IMG/VR virus record: IMGVR_UViG_3300032224_001591
Coordinates: 32,001 to 96,000 of that record
Length of the DNA: 64,000 nt
Source of the DNA: a virus
Direction: 5' to 3' (one strand)
Notes under the pieces: model-generated
Seen by the model: the letters and a program-made list of their open reading frames with translations, nothing else
Told to the model about the DNA's origin: nothing
Databases searched by the model: none
Made by a program: the position numbers and the translations under genes
Shown here: positions 8,382 through 17,794 of the stretch, piece by piece
Numbering within the stretch: position 1 is the first letter of the stretch
How the letters are laid out: each line of letters begins with the position of its first letter

Positions 8382-9676
8382 AACATACTAAAAAAATTGT
8401 AATCGTAGGAAGTGGTGTAGCAGGTATCAATGCTGCAACTAAATTAGTGGATAATGGATATCCGGGTGAACTAATAACAATAATTGATAAAGGAAGTGAT
8501 CCTCACAATCGCTTACCTAGTGAAGTAATGTGTGGTTTTGCAGGAGCAGGAGCATGGAGTGATGGTAAATTAACTTATCACACATCAATTGGTGGTCAAT
8601 TATCAAAATATTGTGGTGAAGAAAAAGCAATGGAATTAATGAAACAAGTAGTAGATAACTTTACTCGTTTCCATCCAAAACCAGAAGAAATCTTTATGTC
8701 TGATCCACAGGAAGAACCTGAATTTATTAAACCATACTTTGGTTTGAGAATGTTTCCAGTATGGCATATTGGATCTAATTTCCTTCACGAGATTGCTAAA
8801 ACATGGTATCAATATTTGTTAGATAAAGGAGTTAAATTTATATGGAATACTGAAGTAACACATATTGATTTTGAATCTCAGAGTATTTTTACACATCATA
8901 AATTTCCCACATTTGATTATGATCAACTTATATTTGGTGTAGGTAAATCAGGTATTGACTTTGCTCAAAAACTATCTGATGACTATGAATTACCAACTGA
9001 ACCTAAATCAGTACAAATTGGAGTTCGATTTGAAGCACCACAAAAATATTTCCAAAAATTAATTGATATATCTTATGATTTTAAATTGTATCAAAAATTT
9101 GATAATGTTAGTTTACGTTCATTTTGTACTAACAATAACGCTGCATATGTTGCTGTTGAAGAAACTTATGGTGATGTTACATACAATGGTCACGCGAAAA
9201 AAGGTGAAGAATTTAGAAACAATATGACCAACTTTGGTATATTAATGGAAATTAAAGGTATCGAAGATCCATTTAAATGGAGTAGAGATGTAGTACAAAA
9301 ATTACAATTAAATAATACTGGATTATATTATTCACCTAATAATACTCGTACACCAGCATTAACATCTGAAGGTACTACAGTATCATCAGTTCAAATTTCA
9401 AATTTAGATACATTTAAAGAATCAATAGGTGTGTATGCTGATTATATTATTAACTTTATTGATGATATGAATAAAATATTTGATTTTGGTGATGATTGGG
9501 GTATGTATATTCCTGAAGTAAAATATCTTTCACCTGAACCATTAGTTAATTACGATAATTTATCTTTAACTGAATATCCAAATGTTCACTTTGTAGGTGA
9601 TGCTTTAAGTGCTAGAGGAATTACAGTATCAGGAGCGCACGGAATTTACGTTGCCGAATATTTATCGCAAAAATAG
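8378..9676 (+). CDS. FAD-dependent oxidoreductase
   Basis: Rossmann motif IVIVGSGVAG, GFAGAGAWSDGKL, and C-terminal HFVGD...RGI. Confidence 0.8.
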   Translation: MKHTKKIVIVGSGVAGINAATKLVDNGYPGELITIIDKGSDPHNRLPSEVMCGFAGAGAWSDGKLTYHTSIGGQLSKYCGEEKAMELMKQVVDNFTRFHPKPEEIFMSDPQEEPEFIKPYFGLRMFPVWHIGSNFLHEIAKTWYQYLLDKGVKFIWNTEVTHIDFESQSIFTHHKFPTFDYDQLIFGVGKSGIDFAQKLSDDYELPTEPKSVQIGVRFEAPQKYFQKLIDISYDFKLYQKFDNVSLRSFCTNNNAAYVAVEETYGDVTYNGHAKKGEEFRNNMTNFGILMEIKGIEDPFKWSRDVVQKLQLNNTGLYYSPNNTRTPALTSEGTTVSSVQISNLDTFKESIGVYADYIINFIDDMNKIFDFGDDWGMYIPEVKYLSPEPLVNYDNLSLTEYPNVHFVGDALSARGITVSGAHGIYVAEYLSQK

Positions 9677-9733
9677 CTATGACTTTTGACCCAAACGAAG
9701 AATATCCAGAATTCATCGAAAATTTTTAAAATT

Positions 9734-9982
9734 ATGAAAAAAGAAACATTAGAAACAAAATGTCTGAAACAAGCAGACGGAACTATCGTCTACTACTTCC
9801 AAAATAAAATGCACAATTGGGATGGACCAGCTTATATTCCCCAAGGTGATAAACGTAGAGCTGAATATTACTTATTCGGTGTAAAACAAACTAAAGGTCA
9901 ATGGTTAGAAGCTAAAAAAGATGTTAACGGCGTTCCGTTTCATAAAACAGCTGCGGGAAAACAAGCAGGAGTTCGTGCTTAA
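9734..9982 (+). CDS. Hypothetical protein with HxxDGPA motif
   Basis: In-frame ATG at 9734 is preferred over TTG at 9686; MHNWDGPAYI...EYYLFG. Confidence 0.6.
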   Translation: MKKETLETKCLKQADGTIVYYFQNKMHNWDGPAYIPQGDKRRAEYYLFGVKQTKGQWLEAKKDVNGVPFHKTAAGKQAGVRA

Positions 9983-10014
9983 TTTGGAGAAGCAAAATAA
10001 AAGTCGTATATTTA
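9983..10014 (+). promoter_or_regulatory. Bacteroidota sigma-type promoter, probably giving a leaderless transcript
   Basis: TTTG at 9983, 20-nt spacer, TATATTTA at 10007-10014; ATG at 10019. Confidence 0.55.
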
Positions 10015-10018
10015 CGTT

Positions 10019-10543
10019 ATGAAAATTGGTTTATGTGGTACAGTGTCTGTTGGGAAGACAACACTTGTCAATGCTCTTAAAGAAGTAGAGCAATTTAAAG
10101 ATTATGAATTTGCTACTGAGCGTAGTAAATATTTAAGGGATCAAGGTATTGCTTTAAATACTGATTCAACGTTAAAAGGACAAATTGTATTTGCTGCTGA
10201 ACGTGCTCTTGAATTAATGAAAGAAAATATCATTACTGATAGAACAATTTATGATGTTATAGCATTTACATTTAGTGCTGAATCAATATTAGATTTTGAA
10301 AAACGTGATTTTGCAGATTTAATGTTTCGTTTAGCAAAAGAATATGATGTTGTTATTTACGTATCACCAGAAGGCGTTGAAATTGAAGATAATGGTGTTC
10401 GTACAATAGATGCGAAATATCGTGATTCAATTGATAATGCTATTAAATTAATGTTAAATGAATGGCCTCCAGTTAAATTAATTGAAATTAAGGGTACAAC
10501 TGAGGAAAGAATTGAAACAATTAAAGGAGCACTATTTTCGTAA
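10019..10543 (+). CDS. P-loop nucleotide kinase (AAA_28/NadR-like)
   Basis: GTVSVGKTT Walker A, ITDRT, YD-VIY, EDNGVR. Confidence 0.75.
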   Translation: MKIGLCGTVSVGKTTLVNALKEVEQFKDYEFATERSKYLRDQGIALNTDSTLKGQIVFAAERALELMKENIITDRTIYDVIAFTFSAESILDFEKRDFADLMFRLAKEYDVVIYVSPEGVEIEDNGVRTIDAKYRDSIDNAIKLMLNEWPPVKLIEIKGTTEERIETIKGALFS

Positions 10544-10568
10544 TATTTATATATAAACACTAACGCAA

Positions 10569-11042
10569 ATGAAAAAATCTGAATTAAAAAAATATATTAA
10601 AGAAACAATTATTGCTGAGTTAATGGAAGAAACTACAATTGTAGGTCCTAAAACAGACCCAGCAAAAGCAACAGATATAGCTAAAAATGAAAAAACAGAT
10701 GTAAATACTGTAAAATCAGCAATATCACAAGCAAGAAAAACAAATACATCTATAAATGTAGCTGAAGCTAAAAAAGACGAAGAAGATACTGAAGATGATG
10801 AAGAAAAATTAGATAAAAAAGCACAAGCCGCAGCTAAAAAAGGTGGTGGTAAAGTAGGTAAATTACAACGCGTTACTGCTCAATTAAAAGAGTTAGAAAA
10901 AGAAATGAAAGAACTAGTAGGCAAATGGAAAAAAGCTGAAGGTAAAGAAAAAGAAACGTTACTAAGCAAATTAAAAGAAAAAACTAAAGCTAAAAAAGAA
11001 TTAGAAGCTTTAGAAGATAAATTAGCAGATGCTATTGTTTAG
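10569..11042 (+). CDS. Charged coiled-coil head-associated protein with MKKSELKKYIKE leader
   Basis: 157-aa ORF preceded by AATATTTATA. Confidence 0.65.
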   Translation: MKKSELKKYIKETIIAELMEETTIVGPKTDPAKATDIAKNEKTDVNTVKSAISQARKTNTSINVAEAKKDEEDTEDDEEKLDKKAQAAAKKGGGKVGKLQRVTAQLKELEKEMKELVGKWKKAEGKEKETLLSKLKEKTKAKKELEALEDKLADAIV

Positions 11043-11061
11043 TATCTAAAAAAACTTAGAT

Positions 11062-11097
11062 AGCCTATAGCATCTCAACCATGTTATAGGCTTTTTT
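11062..11097 (+). terminator. Intrinsic terminator upstream of terminase
   Basis: AGCCTATAGCAT/ATGTTATAGGCT stem plus T-run. Confidence 0.6.
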
Positions 11098-11105
11098 AAA
11101 CATTT

Positions 11106-12677
11106 ATGAGTCAAGATTTAAAACAAATTATCCGACAGGAATATCTTTTATGTGCCCAAGACCCGGCGCACTTTATGAAGAAATACTGTAATATACAACA
11201 CCCACAACGTGGTCGTGTTATATTTAACTTATACCCATTTCAAGGTAAAGTATTAAATTTATGGAAGGATAATCCATATTCAATTATCCTAAAATCAAGA
11301 CAATTAGGTATATCAACATTAGCCGCAGGTTATTCTTTATGGTTAATGTTATTTCAAAAGGATAAAAACGTACTTTGTTTAGCAACAAAACAAGAAACAG
11401 CTAAAAACATGGTTACGAAGGTAAAATTCATGTATGAAAATCTACCTTCATGGCTTAAAGTACCAGCCGAAGAAAATAATAAACTAACACTCAGATTAAA
11501 TAATGGTTCTCAGATTAAAGCAGTATCAGCAGCAGGTGATGCTGGTCGATCTGAAGCCGTATCTTTGTTAATTGTCGATGAGGCCGCTTTTATTGAAAAT
11601 ATTGGTGAGATATGGGCTTCAGCACAACAAACCCTAGCAACGGGTGGTGGTGCTATTGTATTATCTACACCTTACGGTACTGGTAACTGGTTCCATCAAA
11701 CATGGGTTAAAGCAGAAAATGCTGAAAATGACTTTTTACCAATTAAATTACCTTGGTATGTTCACCCTGAACGAAATGAGGCTTGGAGAAAACGACAAGA
11801 TGAATTACTAGGTGATCCTAGATTAGCAGCACAAGAGTGTGATTGCGACTTTAGCACCTCAGGTGACGTTGTGTTTTACCCTGAATGGATTGATTTTATA
11901 AAAGAAACTACTGTACAAGATCCAATGGAAAGAAGAGGTGCAGATCAAAATCTTTGGATTTGGGAACAAGCCGATTATTCTAGAGACTATATGGTTTTAG
12001 CCGATGTAGCCAGAGGTGATGGTAAAGACTTTTCCGCATTTCACGTTATTGACATTGCTACAAACACACAAGTAGCAGAATATAAAGGCCAAATGCCTCC
12101 AAAAGAATTTGGATATTTTGTAACCGCTATTGCTACCGAATACAACCAAGCATTATTAGTATGTGAAAATGCCTCTATTGGTTGGGCTGCTATAGATGCA
12201 ATATTGGAAAGAGGATACAGAAATGTATATTATTCTCCAAAAACAGAAGCACTAACTGTAGATTCATTCTTTAACAAGTATGAAAATAGTGATAGTGTAA
12301 CTCCTGGTTTTACAATGTCACTTAAAACACGTCCTTTAGTAATAAATAAATTTAAAGAATATATTGGGGATAGATCAGTTACAATTCGTTCTAAACGTTT
12401 ACTTGAAGAAATGAAAGTATTTGTTTGGAAAAATGGTAGAGCTGAAGCACAAACCGGTTACAATGACGATTTAGTAATGTCATTCGGTATTGGAATGTAT
12501 TTAAGAGATACATCATTAAAATTTCAATCACAAAGCCAAGATCTTACCCGCGCAGCATTAGGTAATATGGGAAAATCAAATCCTACACAAGGTGCTTATT
12601 TTGCATCAGGACGCGATAATCCATACCATATTGATAATGGAGCTAAAGGAAAGGAAGATATTAGTTGGCTTTTTTAA
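11106..12677 (+). CDS. terL: Terminase large subunit (T4 gp17-like)
   Basis: LYPFQ, KSRQLGIST Walker A, LIVDEAAF Walker B, STPYG, ADVARGDGKD and NDDLVM nuclease motifs. Confidence 0.95.
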   Translation: MSQDLKQIIRQEYLLCAQDPAHFMKKYCNIQHPQRGRVIFNLYPFQGKVLNLWKDNPYSIILKSRQLGISTLAAGYSLWLMLFQKDKNVLCLATKQETAKNMVTKVKFMYENLPSWLKVPAEENNKLTLRLNNGSQIKAVSAAGDAGRSEAVSLLIVDEAAFIENIGEIWASAQQTLATGGGAIVLSTPYGTGNWFHQTWVKAENAENDFLPIKLPWYVHPERNEAWRKRQDELLGDPRLAAQECDCDFSTSGDVVFYPEWIDFIKETTVQDPMERRGADQNLWIWEQADYSRDYMVLADVARGDGKDFSAFHVIDIATNTQVAEYKGQMPPKEFGYFVTAIATEYNQALLVCENASIGWAAIDAILERGYRNVYYSPKTEALTVDSFFNKYENSDSVTPGFTMSLKTRPLVINKFKEYIGDRSVTIRSKRLLEEMKVFVWKNGRAEAQTGYNDDLVMSFGIGMYLRDTSLKFQSQSQDLTRAALGNMGKSNPTQGAYFASGRDNPYHIDNGAKGKEDISWLF

Positions 12678-12701
12678 TATTTATTCGTATATTATAATCA
12701 T

Positions 12702-14597
12702 ATGGCTGATACAAGTATTTTTACCAGATTGCAGAGACTGTTTTCAACAGATGTAATCATTCGTAATGATGGCGGAGATCAACTGAAAGTAATGGATACT
12801 AACACTATTCAACAATCAGGAGAATTTGCTACAAACGCACTAGTAGATAGATTTAACCGAATTTATTCGATTAATGCTACCTCAATGTATGGTGCTCAAT
12901 TTAACTTAAATTATCGTTATTTAAGAACCCAAATCTACTCAGACTACGATATCATGGATACAGATGCTATTATTGCTTCTGCCTTGGATATTCTGTCCGA
13001 AGAATCGACTCTTAAAAATGACATGGGTGAAGTACTTCAAATTAGAAGTAATAACGAAGATATTCAAAAATCATTATATAATTTATTCTATGATGTAATT
13101 AATATTGAATTTAATTTAAGTTGGTGGATTAGACAACTATGCAAATATGGTGATTTTTTCTTAAAATTAGATATTTCTGAAAAATTTGGTGTTTATAATG
13201 TTATTCCAATAACACCATATCATATTGAAAGAGAAGAAGGATATGATAAAGACAATCCATTCTCAGTTAAATTTAAATATTCCCCTCAAGGATTTTATTC
13301 TGGCACTTCAGGTTATTATAGTGTAGCAGGAACGGATCCTAAAGATACACCAGGTATCTATTTTGATAATTATGAAATGGCACATTTCCGTTTATTATCA
13401 GATTTTAACTATTTACCTTATGGTAGATCTTATATTGAACCAGCTCGCCGTTTGTATAAACAATATGCGTTGATGGAAGATGCAATGTTGATCCATCGTA
13501 TTGTTCGTTCCCCAGACAAACGTATTTTCTATTTAAATGTTGGTTCTATACCTCCCAATGAAGTAGAAAACTTCATGCAAAAAACTATTTCTACAATGAA
13601 ACGTACTCCGTTCATTGATCAAGAAACGGGACAATATAATTTAAAATATAACGTACAAAATCTATTAGAGGATTATTTTATACCTGTTCGTAATGGTGAC
13701 CAAGTAACTAAAATTGATACTTTACCTGGTTTACAATATACAGCTATTGAGGATGTTACTTACTTAAGAGATAAACTATTTGCTGCTTTAAAAGTACCTA
13801 AAGCATTTATGGGTTATGAAAAAGACTTAACTGGTAAAGCAACACTAGCAGCTGAAGACATCAGATTTGCTCGTACAATTGATAAAATTCAACGTATTGT
13901 ATTATCCGAATTATATAAAATAGCATTAGTACATTTATATACCCAAGGTTATACCTCAGAACAATTAACTAATTTTGAATTAAACTTAACTACACCTTCA
14001 ATCATATACGATCAAGAAAAGATTGCATTATTGACACAAAAAGTAGAATTAGCTCAAAAGATAATGGAATCTAAATTATTACCTACAGATTGGATTTACG
14101 ATAACATATTCCATTTATCACAAGACCAATACGATGAATATCGTGATATGACTGTTGAGGATGCTAAACGTGATTTCCGTATAAAACAAATTACTGATGA
14201 AGGTAATGATCCTAAAGTAACAGGTAAATCTTATGGTACACCTCATGATTTAGCTTTAGCATATGGTAAAGGCAGAATGGGAAGTAATCCTGAAAACGTA
14301 CCTGATGGATACGATAGTGATTTAAAATTAGGTCGTCCTGAAGAAACAGGAACTGATCGTAACCATCAAGATAATGCGTTTGGTAAAGATAGATTAGGCA
14401 CAGTAGCTATGAAAAAAGATGACCAAGAAAAATACGGTAATCCAAATTATAAAGGTGGTTCACCACTAGCTCTTGAAACAGCTCAAGCCGTTTACGCAAA
14501 AAATAAAACATTAATTGAGAGTTTAGGTAAAGCTCCGTTGTTTACCAAAGAAATAGACAATACTACGCTTCTAAACGAAGATCAATTAAAGGGGTAA
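12702..14597 (+). CDS. Portal protein (T4 gp20-like)
   Basis: YGRSYIE...MEDAMLIHRIVRSPDKRIFY...EDYFIP...IDTLPG...LFAALKVP. Confidence 0.93.
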   Translation: MADTSIFTRLQRLFSTDVIIRNDGGDQLKVMDTNTIQQSGEFATNALVDRFNRIYSINATSMYGAQFNLNYRYLRTQIYSDYDIMDTDAIIASALDILSEESTLKNDMGEVLQIRSNNEDIQKSLYNLFYDVINIEFNLSWWIRQLCKYGDFFLKLDISEKFGVYNVIPITPYHIEREEGYDKDNPFSVKFKYSPQGFYSGTSGYYSVAGTDPKDTPGIYFDNYEMAHFRLLSDFNYLPYGRSYIEPARRLYKQYALMEDAMLIHRIVRSPDKRIFYLNVGSIPPNEVENFMQKTISTMKRTPFIDQETGQYNLKYNVQNLLEDYFIPVRNGDQVTKIDTLPGLQYTAIEDVTYLRDKLFAALKVPKAFMGYEKDLTGKATLAAEDIRFARTIDKIQRIVLSELYKIALVHLYTQGYTSEQLTNFELNLTTPSIIYDQEKIALLTQKVELAQKIMESKLLPTDWIYDNIFHLSQDQYDEYRDMTVEDAKRDFRIKQITDEGNDPKVTGKSYGTPHDLALAYGKGRMGSNPENVPDGYDSDLKLGRPEETGTDRNHQDNAFGKDRLGTVAMKKDDQEKYGNPNYKGGSPLALETAQAVYAKNKTLIESLGKAPLFTKEIDNTTLLNEDQLKG

Positions 14598-14630
14598 TAA
14601 TTTTTATATATTTATAACAAAAACTAGAGA

Positions 14631-15491
14631 ATGAATATTAAACATTCTAAATATAAGAATACGGGTATACTTTTTGAATTATTAGTTAGACAGATCACAG
14701 CGGATACTTTATCCGGTAAAGAATCAAAAGCTACCCCTATTCTTAAAAAATTCTTTGTTAAAACGGAGTTAGGCAAAGAATATAAACTATATGAAACTAT
14801 TTTAAGTAAAAAGCATTTATCGGAAGGTAAAGCTGAGATAGTTATCAACACTATAATCGAATCATCTAAGTCATTAAATAAAGGATCTTTAAAAAGACAA
14901 AAATACAATCTTATTAAAGAAATATCTAAACATTACAATGTTGATGAATTCTTTAAAACTAAATTACCTAACTATAAGGCACAAGCAGCTTTATATACAT
15001 TGTTAGAAATTTATAATAGTGATAATTTATCTAACCCAGACCAAATAATTGCAAATAAAATATCTTTACTTGAAACATTAACCAATAAACAAGTTGATGA
15101 AAAACAAGTTAAAGATCAATTATTAGAAGAATTTAAAACATACGATCAAGATTTACGTATTTTAACTTACCGTGTATTATTAGAAAAATTTAATGGTAAA
15201 TACTCTAGTTTAAACAAAAATCAAAAAATGGTTCTTAAAGAGTTTATCAATTCAATTGATTCTACTCCTAAATTAAGATCATTTTACAATACTAAAATTA
15301 ACGAAATTAAATCATCATTACTTAGTCTAAACAATAAAGTAGCTGATAAAGCAGTTAAAATCAAAATCAACGAAGTATCGAATTTCTTAGTTGAATTAGG
15401 AAAAACAGCAAATGTGGGTAATGATGATTTAGTTAATTTGTTACAATATTATGAATTATTAGAAGAACTTACTAATATACATGGCAAGTAA
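14631..15491 (+). CDS. Helical head morphogenesis protein, function unknown
   Basis: 286-aa ORF between portal and protease, with the late motif upstream. Confidence 0.65.
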   Translation: MNIKHSKYKNTGILFELLVRQITADTLSGKESKATPILKKFFVKTELGKEYKLYETILSKKHLSEGKAEIVINTIIESSKSLNKGSLKRQKYNLIKEISKHYNVDEFFKTKLPNYKAQAALYTLLEIYNSDNLSNPDQIIANKISLLETLTNKQVDEKQVKDQLLEEFKTYDQDLRILTYRVLLEKFNGKYSSLNKNQKMVLKEFINSIDSTPKLRSFYNTKINEIKSSLLSLNNKVADKAVKIKINEVSNFLVELGKTANVGNDDLVNLLQYYELLEELTNIHGK

Positions 15492-16113
15492 TAAACAATT
15501 AGCAGATAAATTAGCTAAAAAACTTAAAGAAGTAAGTGCAACGGGTACAGGCGCAAGTTTTACTCCGGGTAGTGGCGAACAAGTTGCTACTCCTTTTGCC
15601 TTTAACTCAAATAAAAAAGCTAATGGATCTCAAGGCGCTAAATATTCATACAAATTAGGATATAAATTAGCACCTAAACAACCTATGGAAGAAACTAATC
15701 CAGGAGCATCACTAGGTAAAGGACCATCAGCTGGAAAAACAGGTGTAAAAAATAGCTATTACACTAAATTAGGATTTAAAAATGTTAATCCAAAAGAATT
15801 AGCTAAAAATGCTAAATGGGTTGATACAAAATATTTATGGAAGGAAGATCAAACATTATCTGAAGATACTAATGTTGAAGAATATATTAATACATTAGGT
15901 ATTGATAGTCCTGAATTAAAAAAATTTATCTCTAGTCGTATTTTAGGATTCGATAAAGTAGAAGATAAATTAAACGAATTACTTCCATTGTTACAAAAAG
16001 CAAAGCAAAAAACAATGGATGAATATAAACAAAATCCAAGTTTTAATGTGTTGTATGGTACAGACCTAGCAGCGGATTATTTGGATGATTTAATTGAAAT
16101 GTTTAAAAACTAA
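15481..16113 (+). CDS. Head protein carrying a copy of the capsid N-arm motif
   Basis: EVSATGTGASFTPGSGEQ matches major capsid residues 59-76 at 15 of 18 positions. Confidence 0.65.
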   Translation: MASNKQLADKLAKKLKEVSATGTGASFTPGSGEQVATPFAFNSNKKANGSQGAKYSYKLGYKLAPKQPMEETNPGASLGKGPSAGKTGVKNSYYTKLGFKNVNPKELAKNAKWVDTKYLWKEDQTLSEDTNVEEYINTLGIDSPELKKFISSRILGFDKVEDKLNELLPLLQKAKQKTMDEYKQNPSFNVLYGTDLAADYLDDLIEMFKN

Positions 16114-16118
16114 ATAAA

Positions 16119-16385
16119 ATGGCAAACATACCAGTAAATGCAACCGCAATAACAAAATTCCAAGGACAATCTGTAACAGGATCTTTTGCAGGATTTGTTG
16201 TGTGCCCTAACACATCAACTTCTCCTCAAGGAACAGTAGCTCATTTCCATGGTTTAAAAGATGGAAATGGAAACGAATTAGTAGTATCCGCTTCTTCTTT
16301 ATATTTTTTACCAGGATATTATCCAATATTTGTAACTAGTGCTTCTTTAGATGCTACAAGTAACAATGTAATATTTTTTACTTAA
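16119..16385 (+). CDS. Small beta-rich putative virion surface protein
   Basis: 88-aa ORF with TGS/SAS motifs. Confidence 0.55.
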   Translation: MANIPVNATAITKFQGQSVTGSFAGFVVCPNTSTSPQGTVAHFHGLKDGNGNELVVSASSLYFLPGYYPIFVTSASLDATSNNVIFFT

Positions 16386-16399
16386 AAAAACAATATACA

Positions 16400-16987
16400 A
16401 TGGCAACATTACAAGACCAATATAATCAAATTCAAGAAGGTAAAGGTGATAAAAACCACTTCTTAAAACAAGCACGTCATTTATTTCCTGATTACGTTAA
16501 TCACTATAATAATTTTGACGAAACTGTTAAAATTTTAAAAGGTAAAAGTATTTTATCTGAACATAGAGGTGGTTTAGGTATGGTATCTACAAACGGTAAA
16601 CGTGTTGAAGATTGGATTACTATATTTCAAGAAGCAGTTAAAGCAACAGAAACAAAAGTATCTAAAGAAGTATTAGATACTCAAGCTCATAATTGGGATA
16701 CTAAAGATATGAAAGAAATTGACAATTTATATGGTCAAGCTTTTTTAAATGGATTTTATGATGAGATGAAAGATCCTAAAAATCAAGATAAAACAGTAGA
16801 TCAAGTAAAACAACTTGTAGCTAAAAATTTAGGTAAAGATATATTATATTATACTACTAAAGCTCAATTCGGTGTTAAAGGTATTGGATATCAAACAGAA
16901 GCACCAGGTTTAGGTACTCCTAAAGAACCAAAAGGAAAATATAAAGCAAGTGGATACGGTGATTTACCTAAAAATAAAAAAGACTAA
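16400..16987 (+). CDS. Hypothetical head-module protein
   Basis: 195-aa ORF coupled to the protease gene by a TAATG overlap. Confidence 0.6.
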   Translation: MATLQDQYNQIQEGKGDKNHFLKQARHLFPDYVNHYNNFDETVKILKGKSILSEHRGGLGMVSTNGKRVEDWITIFQEAVKATETKVSKEVLDTQAHNWDTKDMKEIDNLYGQAFLNGFYDEMKDPKNQDKTVDQVKQLVAKNLGKDILYYTTKAQFGVKGIGYQTEAPGLGTPKEPKGKYKASGYGDLPKNKKD

Positions 16988-17589
16988 TGAAACAAGTATT
17001 AATCGAAACCATACCATTTAGCGTTTCACCAATACAATTACATGAAGGTGTTAAAGCACCATCAGGTAATCCTTTGGTTGAAGGTATTTTAGCTACAGCT
17101 GAAGTAAAAAACGGTAATGGTAGATATTATTCTAAAGATTTATGGGAACGCGAAATAGACAAATATATGTCTAGCGTTAAAGAAAACAGAGCAACAGGCG
17201 AATTAGACCACCCAGATTCAACTATTATTTCCCTTAAAAATGTATCTCATATTATTAGAGATATTTGGTGGAATGGAGATAAAGTAATGGGTAAAATAGA
17301 AATCTTACCAACTGTATCAGGTAATATCTTAAAAGCACTTATTGACAATAATGTAATGGTAGGTGTATCATCTCGTGGTATGGGTAGTTTAAAACAAATA
17401 GGCGAAACCATGGAAGTACAAGATGATTTTGAATTACTATGTTGGGATTTCGTTTCAACACCTTCTAATCCAGGTTCATATATGAATGTTATTAAAGAAG
17501 GAAAAGAATTTAAACCATACCCATACAATAAAGTAAATAGTTTATTAACAGAAATTTTATGTGCTAATGGCACTTGTCCAATAATATAG
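16987..17589 (+). CDS. Prohead core protease (T4 gp21-like)
   Basis: NGNGRYY, GELDHP, VSH, GVSSRGMGS, DFVSTPS. Confidence 0.93.
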   Translation: MKQVLIETIPFSVSPIQLHEGVKAPSGNPLVEGILATAEVKNGNGRYYSKDLWEREIDKYMSSVKENRATGELDHPDSTIISLKNVSHIIRDIWWNGDKVMGKIEILPTVSGNILKALIDNNVMVGVSSRGMGSLKQIGETMEVQDDFELLCWDFVSTPSNPGSYMNVIKEGKEFKPYPYNKVNSLLTEILCANGTCPII

Positions 17590-17623
17590 GCAATACCCCC
17601 TCCTTCGATAGTATCGTAGGACC

Positions 17624-17657
17624 AATCCTAGCCCCGTAAGGCTAGGATTTTTTTTTT
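17624..17657 (+). terminator. Intrinsic terminator
   Basis: AATCCTAGCC-CCGTAA-GGCTAGGATT plus T-run. Confidence 0.75.
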
Positions 17658-17794
17658 AATCCTGTTGCGTTTTGAAGAATCCTAATATATGTATATTGGA
17701 ATATGCGATTATCTATATCGCATTTATTTAATCAATTCTATTACGCTTCCACATCTAATAAGCGTACTTCCAAAACAAAAATTTGAGGAAAATT

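Noticed and set aside
11106-11145. Terminase N-terminus DLKQIIRQE resembles the class B cargo leader
   Set aside because: It is probably the normal first helix of the terminase, and the match is short and low in complexity.
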